Shown here piece by piece: positions 1 to 12,640 of a stretch of 64,000 nucleotides of DNA; the stretch's first letter is position 1; each line of letters starts with the position of its first letter. Position numbers and translations under genes: made by a program. The stretch is from Sminthopsis crassicaudata (Eukaryota). Location of the stretch: NCBI RefSeq assembly GCF_048593235.1, contig NC_133617.1:612726958-612790957 (forward strand), read 5' to 3'. The notes below the pieces were generated by a model. The model was not told where the DNA came from, ran no database searches, and saw only the letters and a list, made by a program, of their open reading frames with translations.

Positions 1-194
1 GGACACACTTTAAAGTTTAATCTACATTATTCAATTTTTCTCCATTACTTTTTTAAGTCTAGATAGTCAACAAAACAATAAAGCAAGTTTTGATTTGGTA
101 ATTTTAAAATACCTCTCTTCCTTGATCTAATCATTTAACTATGTGGACCTGTATATTCATTATGAGCAAAGATTGCTGGCTCCATCCAATCCTA

Positions 195-345
195 ACGTTT
201 CTGAAATGTTTGCCATTACTTTAATCTCCACAGGAGGGCTATCCAATGTGCTGCATGAGAGTTGTTCCAGTAGATCTCTTGCCCTTTTACAGATACCAGT
301 GAATCATACAAGTAGTCCCTTGAGTATGCCATATTCCCACTAAAT
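195..345 (-). mobile_element. RTE-clade LINE 3' fragment (degenerate)
   Basis: The minus strand reads HWYL*KGKRSTGT, then after a frameshift AAHWIALLWR. This resembles the RTE C-terminal WYP..KR..GRP..W.D.LW motif. Confidence 0.4.
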
Positions 346-644
346 GATTAGTCTTTAAAAGAAAATCCATAAATAGAGGAAGTTAAGGACACAAATCTAG
401 GGAATATAACACTCTATTTCTGTTTTTTCTTCTCATCTATCACATCCTTTCTGTCATATCCTGCTACCAGTTAATCTTGTTCCCTTTTTTGAAATTGAGA
501 ATTTTTTGTCCCCACTATCTTTTTTTTCATTCAACTATTCAATTCCTCTTGCCTATTTAATATGGGTTTCACCTCCATTGAGTTCATTAAATTTGTGACT
601 GTTGTTGTTAAGTAGAAAAAAGATAAAATAGTAATAAAATACAT

Positions 645-745
645 TCAATTAAGCCAACCTTTATTAAATGCCTATTTTATCCCAGGTACTCCACTAGATA
701 ATAGCACTATGCAAGCAAACAATCCTTGTCCTCAATTCAAGTTAC
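645..745 (-). mobile_element. L2 3'-end fragment
   Basis: 'caacctttattaaatgcctattttatcccaggtact...aatccttgtcctcaa' matches the antisense L2 tail. Confidence 0.45.
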
Positions 746-954
746 TTAGGTTGTGTAGTTTGCAATTCTGAAGTTTGCACTTTTTTTTTTGATTATGATA
801 TTCTTTCATCTAGATACTAAGGCACTAAGCAATAGACTATTAGAAAAATTAGTGCATAATCCAGAGTAAATAACTCAATTATTTAACTGTGTCATAACTA
901 TGGGTAACATCCCCCTTATAGGCAGTGGTATATGATAGTTGTTTTAACTTCCTA

Positions 955-1075
955 AATAGTATGCTGACCCTTTAAAGGCAGAAATAATTTCATTTTTGTC
1001 TTCTTTTTATTCACATTCTCTAGGACTGTGTCTGATACATAGGAAGTATTTTTTAAAATCTTGTTTGAATGTGTG
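955..1075 (+). mobile_element. L2 3'-end fragment
   Basis: 'aggactgtgtctgatacataggaagtatt...ttgtttgaatg' is a typical L2 terminus. Confidence 0.45.
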
Positions 1076-1330
1076 AGTTATTATTGCATAGTTAATAAGG
1101 TACATATGATTTTTCTATAAACATTATATCATCACAGTTCTATTGTATACTGTTTCCAGTTATACAATGGACATTCTCTATGTTTTAATAATATTTACAC
1201 CTAACCCAGAAAAAGTAAAGGAGTTTAGGAATATTATTTTCCCCTCTATTTCTCCTTAATCTCACATCCAAAAAAACAAACTAATAAACAAACAAAAAAA
1301 AACCCCAAGTCCTAACTTCATCCTCTAGAC

Positions 1331-1556
1331 CAGAGGTGTCAGACAAGGTCCAGAATGCTGCATATGACTCATAATATTCTTGAGTACAGCCAAATCATAA
1401 TTAAAATATAGTTGAGAAATACTTAGCAAAATAATTAAAAATAAAATAAGCCATAGCTAATGTTTAACAAGTGGTTTTCAAAGTTAATCTGCTGTTTGCA
1501 GAAAAACTTCTGTATGGTTTGGTGCTGCCTGCTTTTAATTGAGTTTGATACCACAG
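1331..1556. mobile_element. Non-autonomous hAT-like DNA transposon (MITE)
   Basis: Imperfect terminal inverted repeats 'cagaggtgtcagac' ... 'gagtttgataccacag'. A second, inverted copy lies at 36042-36254. Confidence 0.55.
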
Positions 1557-3375
1557 CTCTGGGTTATCACATCAGGGGATAAGTAAAAGCAGAATATAGC
1601 TCGTTGGTAATAGGGGGAGTATACTATGAAAGGGTGAAAGAAAGCGACAAAGACCAGAAGGGAGCTAAGATAAGGATTCTGATTAAGGTCAATGCCTTAG
1701 CAGAGTTGGAAGTCAGAAGAAATAAGCCCAAAGTCTTGAGCTTATTTGGCAAAGACCAGAGAGTTCCTCATAAAGCAAGGTCAAATGAAAGCTGAAGGTG
1801 TGGTATCCAGAAGGTCAGAAAATTAGAAAAGATTAATCAGGTCCTGGATATTGTCAGGCAAGTGTCCAGAATCCAATATGACCAGGTGGGAAAATTGTTT
1901 GTTGCTTATATTCTGGTGTGCATGTGGATTTCCTTCTATTGTGCATTATAATTCTTGTTTATACATGCTATTCCTTAAGGGCGAAAGATTGTGCTATTTA
2001 TTTATTTATTTTTTTTACTATGAGGTTGAGTCCATTATAAGTTATATTTTATAATTACAATTATATTTTGTACTAAGTAACTAACAAACATTTGTTGTAT
2101 TTATTAAATATGATGTTAGCATATTTCTTTTCATACTTTGGGATACATTTGGTCTTAATGACTTGGCTTTTCTATTTTCGTAATAGCAAAAATACTAATA
2201 CTTGATAGTATTAATTCCTAAATATTAGAAGTAATCCAAAGTAGACTAGTGTTCCATGAGAGGTCAAGAATAATCTTGTTCAGTGGAGATCTTGAATCAC
2301 AATCTGTATGACCAATTATTGTATGTGTTGTTGAAGGAGATTCTTATCTATTTAATTGGACTAGATGATTTTTAAGCTTTTCAGTTCTTGATATGCTGCC
2401 ATCCTTTGAAGTCAATTGATCCTAGGGCAGAGACTATTTGCCCTAAAGTCTCAAGTATACATCCTCTTAGGTACCATTTTCTATCTTGATGATGGGCTTA
2501 TAGGTATGTGCACAGAAGGTATGCAAACTGTGACTACAGCTGTGCTCTGGTACCTCATCCAAGAGACCAGGAAAACTGGAGTGATAGATAGATCCTTCCC
2601 AAAGTATTTCCCCTTTCCCCCTCATCATGAAGTAAAACATTTCCAATATAGAGAGAATAGGGATTTTAAAAAAATAACATTGATTTGAAAAAGGCTCTTG
2701 TTTATATGACTTTCCATAAATCTTTTAAATTTAAAGTCTTGCTGGACAAAGAACATGTCTCTTTTTATGATATCTGAAATTTCCAGTATTGTAACCCTTT
2801 GAAAACATTTAGGCACTAAAATACAATTATGATGATGGTAATTATGATAATATTTAAATGCCTTATGTGTGTTAAAGCATTTATTAATATTAAAACATTT
2901 AATAATATATCCTCACATATTATTTAATATTATTAATGTACCATATTAACATAAAAATATTTCATAATTATAGCTTCTGTAGATCACTAACAGAAGATTC
3001 CATTGAGTAGAGAAGCAGTTTTGGTTGGATGATCATATATAAACTCTGGGGTCCTGGGGCAATCTTCCAGAACAGCAGTATCATTTTGCCCACAGGTTTA
3101 TTGAATTCTATTAGTATTCATTAGCTTGTTCCTTCTAAGTAAGATGTTAATGACCTCCTGATGACTCTGGACTATTCTCAGATTCTTTAGCTGGGATACT
3201 TTGATTCTTCAAATTAACCAAAAATGTATAGTTATATAACCATGACACTGGAAATTCTGCATAACTGACCTCAAAGTACCAGGGGAAAAAAACCCATAAA
3301 AATTGTAAAAACCTCAATTATCTGGAAATTTATAGGAATCTTCAGTTAACTATATTTCTTTTTTTCATCTTTTAG

Positions 3376-3413
3376 GACAAAAGAGAAAATTCATAACAAA
3401 ACAAGATTACGAG
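3376..3413 (+). CDS. Candidate internal coding exon (38 nt, TKEKIHNKTRLR) of an unidentified plus-strand gene
   Basis: Acceptor tttctttttttcatcttttag|G and donor GAG|gtatca. Two frames are open; the phase 2->1 frame joins the 22292 exon in frame. Confidence 0.3.
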
Positions 3414-4149
3414 GTATCAGAGATACATTTGACATATCTATTATAATTATGGCATATTGTTATAATGAGCTTAAATAGAAAAAATACTAGTGATCAACTC
3501 TACAATCATTCACCTTCAAAGATTCATCCACTGATATGTCAACTAGTTGAAAACAAGGATTTTTCATCTTTGTCTTTATATCCCAAGCACTTAGTACTGT
3601 GTACCCTATAGAGAGGAACATAATAAACACTTGTTAATTAGTTGATTATCTCCAGTACATTGTTATAACTAGGGTCATTAAATAGGCTAATCTATTTTAC
3701 AAAGTTTAAAATGCTTTCTGGAAGCAAAGCAGTAGTCTAAATAATCCTCAGTTAATCAGAAATCCAATTAATCAGAGATGGTTATTTTCTGTACATTCTA
3801 GTTGATCAAGGCCTTGGCTTAATAATGATTTGAATGTTAAATTCTAGGCAAACTGGCATTGAAGATAAAAGGTGTTTTTTTTTTTTAATCATAATCATAG
3901 CAGAGAAAAAATAAAACCATGTATTAGAGACATATCAAGGTAGTGTCACTAAAATCTTTTAACTATTGTTTATTTACTTAAAACATTTAATTCAATTTTA
4001 TTTTATTTTTAATCTCAAATTCTCTCCCTCCCTCTATCCCTATTCATTGAAAAGACAAGAAAAACAAAACCCACCACAAGTATCTTTCTGAAGTAAGTTT
4101 GGGATTTATTTGTGTGCCTGAGAGCTTAGTTTTAGATTTTTATGTAGCT

Positions 4150-4290
4150 AATCAGAGATCAGAACTGGAAAGGATCTTAAAAATCACCTAGTCTAAGTTC
4201 CCTAAGTAGGTAGGGAAACAGAAGCTCAGAGAGGTAAAGTCACATGGGCAGTACCTGGGCAAGCTTGTTTTTGAATCCAAGCCAAATGAT
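4150..4290 (-). mobile_element. MIR/MIR3-like SINE
   Basis: 'agaactggaaaggatctt...ggaaacagaagctcagagaggtaaagt' matches the MIR core in antisense. Confidence 0.55.
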
Positions 4291-4344
4291 TCTAAATATA
4301 TTACTAGTCATTTGTAGATATAAGTTATATAATATAATTAACAA

Positions 4345-4612
4345 TTACAGATAGAGAGGGGAAGAGGGAAGAAATAAGCATTTATTCAGCATCTTATATG
4401 ATGGGCTTTGTGCTGAGCACTTTACAAATATCCCATCTGATTCTCACAGCAATCCTGACCTATTGTCCTCATTTTATCCTTGATGAAACCAAGGCACACA
4501 ATGTTTAAGTGACTTGCCACAGGATCACACAGTAGATGTCTGAGGCTAGATTTGAACTCAAGTTTTCCTGACTCCAGGCTTAGTGCTCTGTCCACTCTGC
4601 CACTTAATGCCT
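4345..4612 (-). mobile_element. Marsupial MIR-family (Ther1/MIR_Mars-like) SINE
   Basis: Near full-length: 'aataagcatttatt...gtgacttgccacaggatcacacag...gatttgaactcaagttttcctgactccagg...gtgctctgtccactctgccac'. Confidence 0.75.
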
Positions 4613-5074
4613 CATCACTTTAGGTGTTAATATAACATAGATAGATAAACATATTGGTATTTTACATAAAAAGCTGTCAGTAATGTTTTTTATTTTTATT
4701 ATTGGATCAATAGACACTACAATGATAAATTCTTGATTCCAATTTCTTGGAGATTACCTTTCTAGTGGGATATTTACTATGAAATTAAAGTAAATCTATC
4801 TATCTTTCAATTTATCTATCATCTATTTCATTATATGCACATATGCATATATCTATAAAAGAAACACACATATATGTATATAAATACATATATGCATACA
4901 TATAAACATACTCATGTGTAAACCCTTTAGCAGGGGACCAGATTTGATCAAAATGGCTTGATATCTTTGGATCGTAAATTTTAAAAAGATCATAATTTTT
5001 TTTAGAAATACAGGAAACTTATAGGTTCCTAATTAAGAAGTTCTACTTTTTGAAATCACTGCTGTTGCTTGCTG

Positions 5075-5270
5075 TTGTTGTTTGTCCTTTATTTTCAAAG
5101 ATATCCAGTAACATCATGGGGTGATGTCTTGACTTATGTGTGAATTGGATTTAAGTAAGGCAAAATTGTATGAAGTCATCAGCCTTTATCTCTCTTTCTG
5201 AGTAATTGAAGTCCAGTGACCAGAAAAAAGTCAAGATAATTGGTGATGGCCCAGGATGAAGTAATTGACT
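5075..5270. mobile_element. MdoRep1-like marsupial interspersed repeat, partial
   Basis: 'gttgttgtttgtcctttatt...gtgatgtcttgac...gaattggatttaagt...gtccagtgaccag...tggtgatggcccaggatg' is homologous to 40930-41400. Confidence 0.55.
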
Positions 5271-5619
5271 TTGCAGTTATTGTAATCATGGAGAGGTAGA
5301 AAAACTAGAGAGAAGTTAGAAACAAAACGCTTTCAAAAGGACCTGAGGAATAAAACAACGGAAAAGCAGGCAAGGGCATCAGTAAGACAGTAAGATTTTC
5401 TGAGGAAAAAAAATATGGATCAAACTTCTCATTAAACTACTTTCTACTTCTTGAATAAGTACAAATTGTGTGAACCTCTTTTCATGGCATTTTATTACAT
5501 TCTCCAAGTCTCTTAGACTATGTATCTATGGAGCCAAAATTTTAAATATTAAAACAAGAGACTGACAAAAAAATAAAACAAAACAAAAACCCTTTAACCA
5601 ATCAGTTTTAACAAAGGTA

Positions 5620-5815
5620 TGTTATAATTGGAGAATGCTAGATTTGGAAACATGATGCTTGAGCTCAATTATTGTTTCTAACACTTCCTAGCTGTGGGAT
5701 CCTTAGCCCTGATACTTCATTCTCTGAGCCTTAATTTCTTCATTTCTAAAACAGGAATAATATAACTTGCATTATTTACCCCACAGGGTTGTTGTAAGGA
5801 AAGTATAGTGCTTTT
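5620..5815 (+). mobile_element. MIR SINE
   Basis: 'acttcctagctgtggg...tctctgagccttaatttcttcatttctaaaacagg...cacagggttgttgtaagg'. Confidence 0.65.
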
Positions 5816-6774
5816 TTACAAAATAGAAATTTAACAAATATTTTGGGGGCTGAACTGAAGTGAGATATTTGAGACTAAAAATGTTTTTCCATAGTAAAAA
5901 AAAATGTCTTAAATGATGTAAAGTTCCTAGGCTAACTTATAAAAAACTGATTTTATTCATAATATGGTAGATCTATAGTAGCAAAAGAATTTTTAGATCT
6001 AAAACAACTTTATGGTAATCACATTGTGTCCATGGGGACGTGTTCTAAGTTCTAACTCTGAATGCTGAGAACATCTCTCCTTTTTGTTATAGTCATAATA
6101 ACATATATTAAATCCAGCTTTCTCAATCATCTTGGAGAGTGAAAAAGGAAGGTATTTGTCTTGGGGTGGCAATTATAAAAACCAAAACCAAAACCATCTA
6201 AAGCTATATTTATTGATTTAGCAGCAAGGAAGGGCCTCTATTCGGTGGAGAGTGACTTGAAGCAAGACCTATGTCATGGTAGCCAATTCTATATATAAAC
6301 AAGATATTCATAAGTTAAACATTCATATTCTGAAGACTTCTTTAATTTTTGGATTATTTCATTATACAGGTATGTGATGATTCATAATCAAATCTATCTA
6401 TATCAAATGTAATAGAGAAAAATTACTAGATATTTTAAAAACTCAGAGATGTCAGTCTACAAGTTGAACAGTATTTATGAAATACCATCATTTTCTTTGC
6501 TACATCGAAACAGACTGACGATGAAACTCAAAGCAACCTTACAGCAGGGGTATTCCAACATGCAAACAGTGTCGGGCACTGGAGATAAAACTACAAAAAG
6601 CTTTGATAAAACTCAAATAAATCCTGGCTGGTTTATTTCAGTAGGATATTTCATTTGACACAGAGAACTGAACCAGATACTCTGTGTGAATTTTCCACAA
6701 AGCAGGCCTTATAAGACTTTTACACAATATTGGGTAATACCTCAATTACATTAGATGATAACTTATCAAATTAC

Positions 6775-6950
6775 TGAGATTCAGAAATATTTCTGAATTT
6801 AAAGATGATAGATCTGGCTAGGACCTGAATCCAAAGACACTTAATCCAACCATCTCATTTTACATATGAGACTCCTAGAGACAATGAAGATTACATATCT
6901 ACTTAAGTGAAATAGCCAAAACTAGAATCCAAACATCCTGATTCCCAGTC
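6775..6950 (-). mobile_element. MIR SINE
   Basis: 'ctggctaggacctg...ccaaccatctcattttacatatgag...actagaatccaaacatcctgattcccagtc'. Confidence 0.5.
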
Positions 6951-7039
6951 TTTTTTAAATTTTTACCCATCAAATATTTTTTTGGCTCCTCCTTATAAGA
7001 GATATAGTTAATTCTTTTTGGATTGCTTTATTAGAGATT

Positions 7040-7500
7040 GGTAATAAGTCTATCAATCTATTAATAAGTATGTATAGCTATTAAGAATAAGAATCTCTTA
7101 TATACCATTCTATGAGGCAGTGGGTCTAAAAACACAAAGAAGGAAAAAATCCCTATCCTTGAAATATATTTAGACATACTTATGGAATAAGTATGAATAA
7201 ATTAAGTACAAATTGGTTGGGGGTAAGGAAGAAGCAGTATTGTTGGCATGATCAGAAAGACTTCACATAAAAAAGCGATGTTTCAGTTGCATTTTGATGG
7301 AATAGAGGGATTCTGTGAAGCAGATGTTATAGGCACAAAGGACCACTAGTGGGAAGGCATAAAAATGGAAGAGGGACTGTGGTTTTTGAGGCATATAGAG
7401 AAGATCAGTTTAGTGGGATCTAAAGAGCGCAGAAGAAAGTAACAACAAAGGAATCTGGACAGATAGCTGGAGACCATATTGTCAAGGATATTTAAAAATA
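7040..7500 (-). mobile_element. L2 fragment
   Basis: Purine-rich antisense L2: 'atctattaataagtatgtatagc...atcagaaagacttcacataaaaaagcgatgtttcagttg'. Confidence 0.55.
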
Positions 7501-7619
7501 AAGGAAGATCTCTGATTTGAATGAAAATTCTTAAGAAACAAATATATAGTTACTAACTGACAACAAGGACATTATTCTGATTGGATATAGAGAGGCATAA
7601 AGTGAAACCTGAGACATAA

Positions 7620-7945
7620 TGGTCAACACTATATATAGATTGATTATATTAAAAAGATTTTATACAAGCAAAATCAAATTAAGATTTGAAGAAAAACAGA
7701 AAACTAGGAAATTTTTTATAGAAAATCTCTCTGATAAAGGCCTCATTTCTCAAATGTATAGAGAACTAAAAAAAGGCAAAAAAACCCCTAATGTAATCAA
7801 ATATATAGAGAACTGTCAAATTTATAAGAATATCCATCATTCCTTAATTGATAAATTATTCAAGTTATGAATAGGAATTTTTCAGATGAAGTAATCAAAG
7901 CTCTATTTCTTATAGTCATATGAAAAAGTGCTCTAAATTACTATT
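7620..7945 (+). mobile_element. L1 ORF2 fragment (sense)
   Basis: ORF 7619-7870 contains 'SDKGLISQMYRELK', homologous to 'SDKGLISKIYRELT' in the young L1 ORF2. Confidence 0.8.
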
Positions 7946-9265
7946 TTTAAAGTAAATTCATTTATCTTTAATACACATTACTTTATGGATCATGTTGGGA
8001 GAGAAAAATCAGAGCAAAAGGGAAAATCTATAGGAGAGATTTTAAAAAATCAGAAAAAAAGATGTGAGCATAGGCTGTGTTGATTTACATTGTCTCCTTA
8101 ATTATTTTCTGGATGCAGATGGCATTTTCTGTCCAAAGTCTATTGGGATTGCTTTGGATCACTGAACCAGTGAGAAGAATCAAACCTTTCGTAGTTTATC
8201 ATCACACATTCTTGCTGTTATTGTATACAGTGTATTCCTGGTTCTGCATGCTTTGCTCAACACAGTTCATGTAAATCTCTCCAGGTCTTTCTATAGTCAG
8301 CTTATTCACCATTTTTTCATAGAACAATAATTTTACATTACCTTTATGTATCACAACTTGGTCAGCCATTACCCAATTGATGGATATCCACTCCTTTTCC
8401 AATTCTTTGCTACCACTAAAAGAGCTGCTACAAATATTTTTATACATGTGGCTCCTTTCCCCTCCTTTAAGATTTCCTTGGGATGGAGACCCAGTAATGG
8501 CATGCTGAGTCAAAGGGTATGCACAGTTTTATAGCCCTTTGAGCTTAGTTCCAAATTGTTCTTCAGAATGGTTGGATCATTTCACAACTCCACCAACAAT
8601 GCATTAGTGTCCCAGTTTTCCCACACCTCCTTCAATCTTTACCATTCTCTTTTCCTGTCATCTTAGCCAATCTGAGAAGTATGAGGTGGTACCTCGGAGT
8701 TGTTTTAATTTGCATTTCTCTAATCAATAGTAAGTTAGAACTTTTTTCATATAACTATAGATGGCTTTAATTTCATCATCTGAAAATTGTCTTTTCCATA
8801 TCCTTTGGCCATTTATTGTAATGTTCTGGTTAGCTTTCTGGAGATCTGGAGATTTCAGCAGAATAATCATCAGGCTATCCTTTGTATTTTTCCCCATTAA
8901 TTCCTTTGATATTTTTGACCTTTAATTGTTCTGGATGAATTTTGTTATTATTTTTCTACTTCTATGAAATTTTTTTGGGCAATTTGATTAGTATAATACT
9001 GAAAAAGTAGATTGATTTAGGCAGAATTGTGTCATTTTTATTGTATTAGCTTAGCCTACCTGTGAGCAATTGATATTTTTCCAATTCTATAGATCTGACT
9101 TCATTTGTGTGAGAAATATTTTGTATTGTGTTCATATAGTTCTTGGATTTTTCTTGACAGGTAGACTCTCAAGTGTTTTATTTTATTTACAGTAATTTAA
9201 AATGGAATTTATTTATCTCTTGCTAATGGGCTTTGTCAGTAATATATAGAAATGCTGATGGCTAT
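7946..9265 (-). mobile_element. L1 3' portion (3'UTR + ORF2), internally deleted near 8820
   Basis: ORF 8202-8513 (HAITGSPSQGNLKGGERSHMYKNICSSSF) is degenerate ORF2 C-terminus. The sequence parallels 10126-10750. Confidence 0.85.
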
Positions 9266-9751
9266 AATAGGTATGAGACCTCAGGAATCTGCAAATTTTT
9301 TTTTTGTTGTTGTTGTTGTTGCTAATGTGAATGTTTTTTGCTCTTGGTAAAAGTATGGGATCACCATATGTCCTCAAATAGGCTTCTCAATTTTATAGAC
9401 TATTTTAATATTTGACTAGTGGTTTGGAAGTGGAAACAAGGACAAAGTGAGTTATCTTATGTGAAAATAATATGATATAGAAGAAAGAGTTCTGGATTTG
9501 AAGTCAGGGGTTCTGAATTTATAAAAATTCTCTGGTGATCATCAAATCCCATTTAATTACCAGGTAAAATTGGAAGTCATTCACTGAAGCGTCCCATGTT
9601 TTTTAAAAAGGTTTGTGAGTAACTCACTCTGATGGAAGTATTAAGTAACTGCAGTCAATGAGGTATCATTGCCTTGTCAAGAGGTGTCAAGAGGTAGCAT
9701 TCTACTATTTATTTAAAACCCTGTACCTACTGGCTAACCCTAACTTCTTTT

Positions 9752-11095
9752 TTTTTTTTTTTTTTTTAATTTTTTTTTATTATATATATATATATATATA
9801 TATATTTTATAATATTATCCCTTGTATTCATTTTTCCAAATTACCCCCCCCTCCCTTATTCCCTCCCCCCGACGACAGGCAATACCATACATTTTACATG
9901 TGTTACAATATAGTCTAAGTACAATACATGTGTGTGAATATCATTTTCTTGTTGCACAATAAACATTAGAATCCGAAGGTACATGCAACCTGGGCAGACA
10001 GATATTAGTGCTAACAATTTACATTCCCCTCCCAGTGTTTCTTCTCTGGGTGTATCTACCTCTGTCCATCATTGATCAACTGGAAGTGAGTTGGATCTTC
10101 TTTATGTTGAAGATTTCCACTTCCATCAGAATACATCCTCATACAGTATCGTTGTTGAAGTATACAGTGATCTTCTGGTTCTGCTCATTTCACTCAGCAT
10201 CAGTTGATTTAAGTCTCTCCAACCCTCTCTGTATTCCTCCTGCTGGTCATTTCTTACTGAGCAATAATATTCCATAGCTTTCATATACCACAATTTACCC
10301 AACCATTCTCCAACTGATGGACATCCATTCATCTTCCAGTTTCTAGCTACAACAAAAAGAGCTGCCACAAACATTTTGGCACATATATGTCTCTTTCCGC
10401 TCTTTAGTATTTCTTTGGGATATAATCCCAGTAGTAGCGCTGCTGGGTCAAAGGGTATGCACAGTTTGATAACTTTTTGGGCATAATTCCAGATTGCTCT
10501 CCAGAATGGCTGGATTCTTTCACAACTCCACCAGCAATGTATTAGTGTCCCAATTTCCCCACATCCCCTCCAACATTTGTCATTATTTGTTCCTGTCATC
10601 TTAGCCAATCTGACAGGTGTGTAGTGGTATCTCAGAGTGGTCTTAATTTGCATTTCTCTGATCAGTAGTGATTTGGAACACTCTTTCATGTGAGTGGATA
10701 TAGTTTCAATTTCTTCCTCTGAGAATTGTCTGTTCATATCCTTTGACCATTTATCAATTGGAGAATGGTTTGGTTTCTTATAAACTATGGTCAGTTCTCT
10801 ATATATTTTGGAAATGAGACCTTTGTCAGAACCTTTGTTTTTAAAAATATTTTCCCAATTTGTTACTTCCCTTCTAATCTTGTTTGCATTAGTATTATTT
10901 GTACAGAAACTTTTTAGTTTGATGTAATCAAAATCTTCTATTTTGTGATCAATAATGATCTCTAGTTCTCCTCTGGTCATAAATTCCTTCCTCCTCCACA
11001 AGTCTGAGAGGTAGATTATCCTCTGTTCCTCTAATCTATTTATTATCTCCCTCTTTATGCCTAAATCATGGACCCATTTTGATCTTATCTTGGTA
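9752..11095 (-). mobile_element. Very young 5'-truncated L1 (~1.35 kb) with poly(A)/(TA)n tail and 17-bp TSD
   Basis: Perfect TSD taaccctaacttctttt at 9735-9751 and 11096-11112. The target reads CT|AAAA on the L1 sense strand. ORF2 is uninterrupted. Confidence 0.97.
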
Positions 11096-11097
11096 TA
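10126..11097 (-). pseudogene. L1 ORF2p C-terminal region (cysteine-rich domain), truncated but stop-free for 324 codons
   Basis: YTKIRSKWVHDLGIK...CWRGCGEIGTLIHCWWSC...YPKEI...MFVAALFVVARNWK...WYMKAMEYY is canonical L1 ORF2p CCHC region. The frame is open back to the 5' junction. Confidence 0.95.
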
Positions 11098-11119
11098 ACC
11101 CTAACTTCTTTTAGCATTT

Positions 11120-12586
11120 TTTTTAATCAGTGAAAATCTACCTTCTTTTTCCATCTCTTTCTAATCTTCCCACTTCAATTTGAGAGAACAAGAAAAAAAA
11201 CCCATACAGTGTCAATCAAAATAATTTTCCACATTGGCCACTACTGTTTCTTTTGGAATTATGGTTGTTGGTCCTTAAGAACACAATGATACTTCATCAC
11301 ATTCAAATACTATAACATGCATATATTCCTCAATTTATTATTATCCCTTCTAATTCCTTTTTAAATCACCTCAATAAGAGTTTTAAATATTTTTATATAT
11401 TCTTAAAGTTTTTTTTTTGTCCAGGATTAATTTCTCCCTTAAATTTATCCCCTTCTCCCCCTCTCCCCATCTTTCTTTCCCCCCTTTTCTTTTCTTTTCC
11501 CTCTCTCCTCTTCCCTCCCTCCTTTTTTCTCTCTCTTTCTCTCTTTTTTCTTTTTCTCTCCCTGTCTATTTCTCTACTTCCCCTTTCATTCTCCCTGCCT
11601 CTTCTCCTTCCCCTTCTATTTTCCTTTTGAATGAAATGTATGTCTGTACCAAATTGTGTGTATGTGTATTCTCTCTTTTGACTAATCTTAATGAGAGTGT
11701 AGTAAATGTTAGTTTACCCTCATCCTTTTCTCTTTGTTTGTATAGATGTCTATTTGAGCATGGGAGATAATTGTTCTTGATCTGCTTTCCCTTCTCCCCC
11801 TTCCCAGTATTCCTCTTTCTCTCTCAACTATTTTTTTTTAAAAAATCATCAAGACATAATAGAGCTACTATAAGATCTTGTCTGATGATTGGTCTCTATA
11901 GCCCCTAATGATGCTAGGATTCAGAGAGGACATATCATTTCCTTATCTATGAATATAGGCAGTTTATTCTCTTTTAGTTCCTTTTGATTTTTCTTTTCTT
12001 TTAATTTTTATCTTCACTTCTAGATTTTGGTTATGATATTCCCAATAATTTTCTTTTAAGAATAACTAGTGACTTTCTATTTCCATTTTTCCTCTGGTTC
12101 TAAGAGGTTTGGACAACTTCCTTTTGAAGCTTCTTAAAATAGGTTGAAAATGCTTTCTTTCTTTGTTTCTTTCTTTCAATGTTCAGGCAGTTCAATGATT
12201 TTAAAATATTTTTCTTCTGATCTATTTTCCAGAACAATTGTTTAAACTATAAGTTAGTTATAGATTTGGTCCATTCTAAATTTCAGAGAGTTTGTTGCTT
12301 GGGCAACATTTTTACCTCTTATACTAAGGTGTTATATATCCTTTCAAATTGTTTTTTTTCCAGTAGCTCTCATTGATTTTTCCATTTTTCTTCAAGTATT
12401 CTCATTTCATCTATAAAATTTTTTCAAACAAAAAATATTCTTGCTTGTTCTCTTCCAGAAGCTATAGCTGAATTTTTACCTGATATATTTTTCTCTGAGG
12501 TTTTGCTTGTAGAAATTTTGGAATTATTCTCTTCTGTTTTTGTTTCTTGAACTGCCCTGCTACCATAAAAGTCTTTAAGGTAGGAA

Positions 12587-12640
<54 letters not shown>

